A model generated the notes under the pieces. The model searched no databases. It worked only from the letters and a program-made list of their open reading frames with translations, and was not told where the DNA came from. From an uncultured archaeon (GTDB taxonomy: Archaea > Thermoplasmatota > Penumbrarchaeia > JASLWR01), in assembly GCA_964342815.1 (NCBI GenBank), contig CAYFHS010000012.1, forward strand, positions 32,001-96,000: 64,000 bases of DNA, written 5' to 3'. Each line of letters starts with the position of its first letter. Position 1 is the stretch's first letter. Shown piece after piece: positions 57,853 to 64,000 of this stretch. Made by a program: the position numbers and the translations under genes.

Positions 57853-57905
57853 GCACAATGCTAAGTCATTAATTCTAACCATCCCGTCAGTTAATATTAA
57901 TTAAC

Positions 57906-58589
57906 TCATTTCAATTCGTCTAAAAGTTCCATTACTTTCGTCTTGATGATATCAAAAGTTTTCCTGTATTCTTCTATGTCCTTCCCTTTAGGGTCCTCAA
58001 TGTCCCACATAATAAGCCTGGACTCTTTATTTGGTAAATTGTCTGCCAGGTCGTCACCCATTCCCAGCTGTTTTCTAATAAGGTCGAGGGAATCGTCGGG
58101 AGCATCATCCGAGAGAAGACATCCGAGATCACATCCGAAAGTTACAACCACGTCAGAATCGATCATTCTCGGGGCCTTCGTCGGCTTCCCCTCCCAATCA
58201 ATTCCATTCTCCCGAAGCATATCCACCATGGTGGGATCGACCTTTTCCGCAGGATTGGTACCACCACTTTCGAAGATCAACCTTGAATTCGTATTCAATT
58301 CAGTTGCCAATGCTTCCGCAATCTGGCTTCTCAATGAGTTCTCCCTGCACATGAAAAGCACCGTAAGTTTCTTCATTTTCCGATAAAGCTCTTCTCCGAC
58401 GCAGTCCTTGGCATATTTGCACCATTGAATGCAGTTCTGCAGGTCGTTGTATACGCTGAAACCGCATTTATCACATTGGATCACAGTATCTATTGAGAAG
58501 AGTTCCACGTCGGACCCGCATTCCGGACATTTTTTTATCTTCAACGTCGGTGTTTTCACATTGAAGGTACCTGGGCATCCCATTACCAT
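57906..58589 (-). CDS. ArsC/LMW-PTP family protein fused to an N-terminal Cys-rich domain
   Basis: VLFMCRENSLRSQIAEA (CX5R), ESGGT, WDIEDPKG. N-terminus CPG..CPEC..CDKC..CIQWCKYAKDC. Start ATG 58589. Confidence 0.8.
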   Translation of the reverse strand: MVMGCPGTFNVKTPTLKIKKCPECGSDVELFSIDTVIQCDKCGFSVYNDLQNCIQWCKYAKDCVGEELYRKMKKLTVLFMCRENSLRSQIAEALATELNTNSRLIFESGGTNPAEKVDPTMVDMLRENGIDWEGKPTKAPRMIDSDVVVTFGCDLGCLLSDDAPDDSLDLIRKQLGMGDDLADNLPNKESRLIMWDIEDPKGKDIEEYRKTFDIIKTKVMELLDELK

Positions 58590-58600
58590 TTTTCTCACCT

Positions 58601-60223
58601 TTACCTTTCTTTCTTAATCCAATAGGGATGGGAAATATCCTCGAATGCGGCAATGGCAGCAGTCGATCCTTCACCCACCGCAGTTACGATCTGACGTACT
58701 CCTCCGGTAACATCCCCAGCAGCATATATTCGGGGTATGTTCGTTCTGCATTTTCGGTCAACTTCGATGTAACCGGACCCGTCGAGCTTCACCCCGATCT
58801 CCCCGGCAATCCTGGAATTTGGAATTTCCCCGATGGCCACGAATATTCCCTCCACCTTAAGGTTCTTCACATCACCCGTTACAACGTTTTCGAGTTTCAC
58901 TCCCACCAATTCTTCATCTTTGCCCACAATTTTTGTCACTATAGAATTCCATTTTACATGCATGCCTTCTCTCACAACCGCCTCCTGAAGATACGCTTCG
59001 CCTCTGAACTCATCCCGACGGTGAACAATTGTTACCTTGGCACCAAGGTTCTTAAGATATAGTGCATCAGTCAGGGCGTTATTCCCACCGCCAACAATGA
59101 TCACTTTCTTTTCCTTGTAGAGATATCCGTCGCAGGTTGCGCAATAGCTGACGCCGTGCCCGGAGAACCTTGCTTCACCCGGTACGTCAAGTTTCTTGTG
59201 CGACGCCCCAGTTGCTATAATGAGTGCTTTTCCCACGTAATTATTCCGGTTCGTAATTGCCTCGATATTTCGGCCCACCTTGATCTCGCGAACCCCTTCC
59301 CCCTGACGAATATGTGTATAATTACCTGCCTGTGCGCTTATTATATCCATTAATTTCTTTCCAGGAATATTTGCATAACCCGGATAATTCTCCACAACCG
59401 GAGTGACCGAAACCTGTCCTCCGATGGTCGCTTCTTCCAGAACAACGGTACGCAGCCCGCTTCGCTCCCCGTAGATCGCAGCGGTAAGTCCTGCAGGACC
59501 CGCACCCGCGATGATCAGGTCAACCTTTACTATCTCTCCCCTCACGTCCGGCTCAAACTCTTCAGCTGGTTCCAAACTCAGTAGTTCTGCCATGAATCTC
59601 TCTTCAGGCTCCAATCCCCTGCTCACAGTAATATCGTTTATAATTGTATGAGGAACCGAGCCAACCTTGTAATTTTTAGCGAGGTCTGGGTTCTCAGTAG
59701 ATTCCACACATTCGGCCGAAATGAACTCCGGTCTCTCAATGGCGGCTCTGAAAGCGTTCAATACCTGGCCGGGACAGTATGGGCACCCGGGGGTGACATA
59801 GACCTGAACATGCCGTTTCTCTGTAATCTCGTCCAAGATCTTGCGGGAATCATCAGATAGACCGCTTTTTCCTTTCGAGATCAGCATAATGGTCTCGATG
59901 AAAGAGCGCCCTTCCTCGCCCACCGGGGCCCCCGTATAACGTATATTGTATTCCTCGGGATTGATCAGAACGGTAGGCGACCGCGTAACCTTGTATTTTA
60001 CGGATTTTTTATTTCCTAGAATATTTACCCTCGCTTCGATCTTCTCACTAAGCCTAGCAAGATCATTGACAAACATCATCGTCAGAATATTGTAGGGATT
60101 CTCCGTACCCTCGTCCACAAAGACTTCGAGAATCACCTTACGGTCCAGCTCCCCGAACCTCTCCAGTAACATTTCCCTGCTTTCCTCCGGGATAAACCAA
60201 TTATTCTGTTTATCATCGGTCAT
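58601..60223 (-). CDS. trxB: Thioredoxin reductase fused to an N-terminal two-fold thioredoxin (PDO/AhpF-like) region
   Basis: CPYC; GAGPAGLTAA; GVSYCATCDG; GGGNNA; HRRDEFR; IYAAGD. Start ATG 60223. Confidence 0.9.
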   Translation of the reverse strand: MTDDKQNNWFIPEESREMLLERFGELDRKVILEVFVDEGTENPYNILTMMFVNDLARLSEKIEARVNILGNKKSVKYKVTRSPTVLINPEEYNIRYTGAPVGEEGRSFIETIMLISKGKSGLSDDSRKILDEITEKRHVQVYVTPGCPYCPGQVLNAFRAAIERPEFISAECVESTENPDLAKNYKVGSVPHTIINDITVSRGLEPEERFMAELLSLEPAEEFEPDVRGEIVKVDLIIAGAGPAGLTAAIYGERSGLRTVVLEEATIGGQVSVTPVVENYPGYANIPGKKLMDIISAQAGNYTHIRQGEGVREIKVGRNIEAITNRNNYVGKALIIATGASHKKLDVPGEARFSGHGVSYCATCDGYLYKEKKVIIVGGGNNALTDALYLKNLGAKVTIVHRRDEFRGEAYLQEAVVREGMHVKWNSIVTKIVGKDEELVGVKLENVVTGDVKNLKVEGIFVAIGEIPNSRIAGEIGVKLDGSGYIEVDRKCRTNIPRIYAAGDVTGGVRQIVTAVGEGSTAAIAAFEDISHPYWIKKER

Positions 60224-60293
60224 CCGACTCACCTTTTTTTTAGCTTATAACCTATTAATCCTGTCCCAAAAGTCGACACGAAAAAACCGAGAA

Positions 60294-60833
60294 CTAACCA
60301 AAACTGAACTGTTGGAATCGATCGGCCTTCACCTTGCATATGGGACAGATGGGAGGAGGATATTCCCTGGCACATAGATAACCGCATACCTCACATCGCC
60401 ATACTTTTATTGAAGTTTTCTTTCGGTCAACCGGGACTGCATCACTTTCCAATAAAGGCGTTTCCCGCACGGAATCATCCCCGTCACATTCATAGTCATT
60501 GGCAGCTTTCTGAACCTCTGGGGGTCGCCGTTCAGGGATCGGTCCCATGAGTGAAGGATCGTCGGTAATTTCTTTCGAGACAAAAAGCGCGCAGTAACAC
60601 ATCCCGAACTCGTCGACATCTGCATCACGGTACTCACAGGGGCACATGATATCCCCGTCATAGATCTTGCTGCCCACTGCCACCCTGCAAGGACAGGAAC
60701 CGTAACCGTAGCGCTCCTCGTTCGTCGAGAGACCATCAATCAGATCATCGAGAAGCTCCTTGTCCGGGCAAAGAAAATAACCGTTATTGGCAGCATTTTT
60801 CTTCATACGCGAGAGGACATTGGCAGTACTCAT
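60294..60833 (-). CDS. Ferredoxin:thioredoxin reductase catalytic-subunit-like protein with a C-terminal rubredoxin domain
   Basis: SCPCR, MCPCEY, CYCALF; C-terminal WRCEVCGY...CPICK. Confidence 0.88.
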   Translation of the reverse strand: MSTANVLSRMKKNAANNGYFLCPDKELLDDLIDGLSTNEERYGYGSCPCRVAVGSKIYDGDIMCPCEYRDADVDEFGMCYCALFVSKEITDDPSLMGPIPERRPPEVQKAANDYECDGDDSVRETPLLESDAVPVDRKKTSIKVWRCEVCGYLCAREYPPPICPICKVKADRFQQFSFG

Positions 60834-61120
60834 TTAACAAGCACCTCACGGATCCGGTCTTCTTTGAATCCCACGATTACTTCTGTGCCGTTGTCCACAA
60901 CCAAAGTGGGAAAACTCCTCCGCGGATTATGTTTTCTGGCCTCTTCCATGACCTTCTTCTTCTCATCACCGTGAAGAAGGTCCACATCAACATACTCGTA
61001 TTCGATATTGAGAGCCTGCAGCAGTCTTTTCAGCTTTTTGCACCAGCCACAGGTGCTGAGAGTATAGATCGAAACGTGATGTTCACAATTCTTTCCCGGG
61101 ACATTTTTCATACATTTCAT
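60830..61120 (-). CDS. Glutaredoxin / NrdH-like redoxin
   Basis: IYTLSTCGWCKK, SFPTLVV, GF.EDRIRE. Start ATG 61120; ATGA overlap with the FTR gene. Confidence 0.88.
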   Translation of the reverse strand: MKCMKNVPGKNCEHHVSIYTLSTCGWCKKLKRLLQALNIEYEYVDVDLLHGDEKKKVMEEARKHNPRRSFPTLVVDNGTEVIVGFKEDRIREVLVK

Positions 61121-61121
61121 T

Positions 61122-61562
61122 TCACTCACACTCCATATCATAGGTTTCGGGGATCGAGCTGGATATATCCGAACCGTCCCCCTCCCCATTCTTCTCTTTG
61201 AAGTTCTTTATCGCTGCGTGCAGAGCGTCTGCTGCCAAGTTAGAACAGTGCATTTTCAAGGGAGGCAGGCCGTCAAGCTCGTTGGCAACATCATTGCGTG
61301 TGATTTTCAATGCCTCGTCCACATTCATTCCGGTGGCCAATTCAGTAACCATACTGCTAGTAGCAATGGCTGATCCGCATCCAAAGGTTCTGAACTTAAT
61401 ATCGGTGATTATTTCGTCCTCCACCTTGATGAATATCTCCATGACGTCTCCGCAAACGGGATTGCCAACCTTCCCGTAACCGTCATTGTCCTCGATGACC
61501 CCCACGTTTCTCGGGTTCATGAAATGGTCCATGACCTTCTTGGTGTATCCTACTTGTGCCAT
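61122..61562 (-). CDS. iscU: Fe-S cluster scaffold IscU/NifU-N
   Basis: DHFMNPRNVG, GNPVCGD, FGCGSAIA, KMHCSNL. Confidence 0.95.
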   Translation of the reverse strand: MAQVGYTKKVMDHFMNPRNVGVIEDNDGYGKVGNPVCGDVMEIFIKVEDEIITDIKFRTFGCGSAIATSSMVTELATGMNVDEALKITRNDVANELDGLPPLKMHCSNLAADALHAAIKNFKEKNGEGDGSDISSSIPETYDMECE

Positions 61563-61589
61563 ATCTTTTCACCTCCATATTATTTATCA

Positions 61590-62741
61590 TTACAACGGTG
61601 ACAACATTCTGAGTCTATTTACAGTATTCTTTGACGCTTCCACCACCCGCAGTACTTCATCCATCGTATTTCCACGCCCCAACGTCAAGACCATGGAGCC
61701 ATGGGCTTCCTCGTGCTTCAGCCCGATGGCCAGTAGAACATGGGAGGGCTCGAGAGTCTTCGAGGAGCATGCCGAACCTGTGGAAACTGGTATACCGTAC
61801 ATGTCCATTGACAGCAAGATGCTTTCGCCCTCGATCCTGCTGAAGCGGAAACTTGCATGATTCGGTAGACGCTTTGAGGGATGCCCCGTGAGATACGACT
61901 CATCTATTTTTAATATTCCCTTTATCAGTTCGTCCCTAATAAGGGTCAACCGACGGCTTTCCGCATTCATTTCACTTTTCACGATACGTGCAGCTTCGCC
62001 CATACCGGCTATTGCGAATAGGTTCTCCGTGCCTGATCGAATCCCACGCTCCTGCCCCCCGCCCGGTAGTATGGATTGGATCTTCACCCCTGGTTTAACA
62101 TACAGGGCACCGGCGCCCGGGGGACCATAGATATCGTTCGAGGAGATGGTGAGAAGATCTATCCCGTCATCTTGCACATCCACGGGTATTCGTCCCACGG
62201 CAGCAGTTGCATCCACATGCAGGTAAGAGCCTTTCTCATGAACGATCTCGCTTATTTCCTTTATGGGTTCTATGGTACCGATCTCGTTGTTCGCATACAT
62301 TATGGAGGTCAAAACGGTTTCCTCGCTCAAAGTATTTCTAAGTGATTTGATATCCAAGATACCGGTAGAATCCACAGGGATCAATTTCAATTCATATCCA
62401 TTCTTCTGAAGCTCTTTCATGGGATTGAGGACTGACATGTGATCAATTGCACTTGCAGCAAGCTTCTTTCCCTTTACCGGATTCCGAAGAGCCGTTCCCT
62501 TGATAGCCAGGTTATTGGCTTCGGTTGCACCGGAAGTAAATATGATACATTTTTCACTTTCGGCATTGATTAGCTCGGCGATACTCGCCCTGGCTTCTTC
62601 CAGCTCCCTTCGCGCCTCGAGACCTGATGAATGAAGCGAAGAGGGATTGCCGAAATCGATCATTAAAAAGCGTTTCGCATATTCAAGTACCCGGGGGTCC
62701 ACCGGCATGGATGATGCATGATCCAGATATATACGTTCCAT
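61590..62741 (-). CDS. iscS: IscS/NifS-family protein with Asp in place of the PLP-binding Lys
   Basis: IYLDH, FTSGATEANN, YANNEIGTI, HVDA, SSNDIYGPPG (canonical SxHKxYGPxG), STGSACSS. Start ATG 62741. Confidence 0.93.
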   Translation of the reverse strand: MERIYLDHASSMPVDPRVLEYAKRFLMIDFGNPSSLHSSGLEARRELEEARASIAELINAESEKCIIFTSGATEANNLAIKGTALRNPVKGKKLAASAIDHMSVLNPMKELQKNGYELKLIPVDSTGILDIKSLRNTLSEETVLTSIMYANNEIGTIEPIKEISEIVHEKGSYLHVDATAAVGRIPVDVQDDGIDLLTISSNDIYGPPGAGALYVKPGVKIQSILPGGGQERGIRSGTENLFAIAGMGEAARIVKSEMNAESRRLTLIRDELIKGILKIDESYLTGHPSKRLPNHASFRFSRIEGESILLSMDMYGIPVSTGSACSSKTLEPSHVLLAIGLKHEEAHGSMVLTLGRGNTMDEVLRVVEASKNTVNRLRMLSPL

Positions 62742-62751
62742 AGGCTCATCT

Positions 62752-63120
62752 CTAAAACCACATTGTTGCACCGGCATCGAGGGACAGGTCGTTCAAGGTA
62801 CCGGCTCCCACGATTTTAACTCCGGGGATAAATTCCACCTTATCAAGTCCCAGCATCTGCTTTGATGCCTCGCATACATATATCGTTATTCCCATTTCGA
62901 GGGTTTTTTGAATCATCTCCGCAACACTTGGAAATGATCCGAGTTTTATCTTCTCGGCTTCGCCTGGCATCAATAATTTGAGGCCAGTACCGAGATAATA
63001 GACTTCCGCTTTTATATCCATCATCTTTGCAGTCTGCGCCAACACCAGCGGCGAATACTGTTTTTCAGGATTGTCGGTGGTCTGCACATACAGAATATAG
63101 TTCTCATCTTTCATATTCAT
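62752..63120 (-). CDS. DsrE/DsrF-like family protein
   Basis: PLVLAQTA...EVYYLGTG...IYVCEAS...VGAG. SD GGAGGT. Confidence 0.8.
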   Translation of the reverse strand: MNMKDENYILYVQTTDNPEKQYSPLVLAQTAKMMDIKAEVYYLGTGLKLLMPGEAEKIKLGSFPSVAEMIQKTLEMGITIYVCEASKQMLGLDKVEFIPGVKIVGAGTLNDLSLDAGATMWF

Positions 63121-63177
63121 ATACCTCCCATATACTTTCCTTCTTTCAAATTAAGAAATATAACAGCAGTATCCACG

Positions 63178-63420
63178 TCATTTCATTCGTCTGATAAAAA
63201 AGGTCATTATTGATCCTTCTTTTTCAAATTTCAGCACATCGTGACCGGTTCTTTTGGCCCATCGTTTGATATCCTCTTCCGCAGCTGGATCGTCGGCTTC
63301 AATTTTCAATACTTGACCCACCTCTATCTTGTCTATTCCCTCCTTAGTCATTGAGATGGGCATAGGACAGTAAAAACCCACGCAGTCCAATTCCGCGTCA
63401 ATTGCGATATCCGATGACAT
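63178..63420 (-). CDS. tusA: TusA/SirA-like sulfur carrier
   Basis: LDCVGFYCPMP, GQVLKIEADDPAAEEDIKRWA. Start ATG 63420 after GGAGG. Confidence 0.9.
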   Translation of the reverse strand: MSSDIAIDAELDCVGFYCPMPISMTKEGIDKIEVGQVLKIEADDPAAEEDIKRWAKRTGHDVLKFEKEGSIMTFFIRRMK

Positions 63421-63515
63421 TTTCAATTCCTCCAATTGCTTTTCGTACATTGCCCTGGCTATTTCGATTAATCTAGGTGGCAGACCTGTGTCAGGTCTAT
63501 TTATGAAAGAGAGAA

Positions 63516-63971
63516 TCAATTCTCGGTCAGGATCTGTTCATCATATTCTATCTCAAAGCGCAGCTTGTGTTTTGCTTCTTCCTGGGCAAGGTCAAGAAAC
63601 AGAGTGGACAGGCTCTCATCATCCATTGCGGTTGCTAGATCGGAATACATCTTGAATGCCGCTTTTTCTTTCTTCATTGCAACGATAAGAGCTTCCTGAT
63701 AATCCATCCCGGGATATGGTTCAATATCAACTAGGTAATCACCAATTTTCAAGTCCGGGACCTTTTTCCCCCCGGTCTTTCCGATGGTTCCGGTCTTTAT
63801 CCCAATTAACTTCTTTTTGTGGCCAAGCTCCTCACGGGCGAAATCCTCGAAGACCTTTCGCATGGACGGACGCTCCATATTTTGAGCAAGATCCATGTAG
63901 AATCCATGAGCTTCCTCTTCACCCTTGATAGCAAAATCGAGTATGTCATCCACCGAGTCAAAGTTGATCAT
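63516..63971 (-). CDS. Rubrerythrin/ferritin-like diiron protein without a rubredoxin domain
   Basis: AIKGEEEA..FY, EELGH, AMKKEKAA..MY, EEAKH. Start ATG 63971 after GGAGG. Confidence 0.85.
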   Translation of the reverse strand: MINFDSVDDILDFAIKGEEEAHGFYMDLAQNMERPSMRKVFEDFAREELGHKKKLIGIKTGTIGKTGGKKVPDLKIGDYLVDIEPYPGMDYQEALIVAMKKEKAAFKMYSDLATAMDDESLSTLFLDLAQEEAKHKLRFEIEYDEQILTEN

Positions 63972-64000
63972 GGTTTTTTCCTCCTGCATTGATAATTGTA

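Noticed and set aside
1-64000. CRISPR arrays, rRNA/tRNA genes, transposases, integrases, known defence systems
   Set aside because: No regularly spaced direct repeats, RNA-gene signatures or such protein motifs were recognised by eye. tRNAscan-SE, Infernal and DefenseFinder would be needed to exclude them formally.

Overview
Archaeal chromosomal segment. The evidence is a split RpoA1/RpoA2, rpl30e, an archaeal NAC and GGAGGTG-type Shine-Dalgarno sites. The RpoA2 N-terminal extension and the many giant surface and helical-repeat proteins suggest an uncultured Thermoplasmatota lineage (inference). The window contains: the end of the RNA polymerase operon (rpoA1 partial, an unusually long rpoA2, rpl30e, no nusA); several large membrane-anchored surface proteins; NAC; hisS; a 2448-aa helical-repeat protein; a chimeric lactate-permease-like protein; a Zn-dependent ADH; adk; rmlC; a J-domain protein; a Gln-rich repeat surface protein; a tightly coupled five-gene operon (two Zn-ribbon/TM/OB-fold proteins, a TctA/DUF112-like permease, a YdjM-like membrane hydrolase and a lamin-tail/PLD enzyme); a PMM/PGM; a NatAB-like ABC pair; a purple-acid-phosphatase-like surface enzyme; and a redox/sulfur/Fe-S cluster (ArsC fusion, TrxR, FTR-rubredoxin, Grx, IscU, IscS, DsrE, TusA, rubrerythrin-like). 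No rRNA, tRNA, CRISPR array, integrase or transposase was recognised. The best leads are (1) the OB-fold/TctA/hydrolase/PLD operon as a candidate extracellular nucleic-acid capture and uptake system, (2) RpoA2 carrying a tandem pair of extra domains and an apparent ATA start, (3) an IscS lacking the PLP lysine next to TusA/DsrE, and (4) Gln-rich helical-hairpin repeats. All domain calls come from motif recognition by eye; no searches were run.
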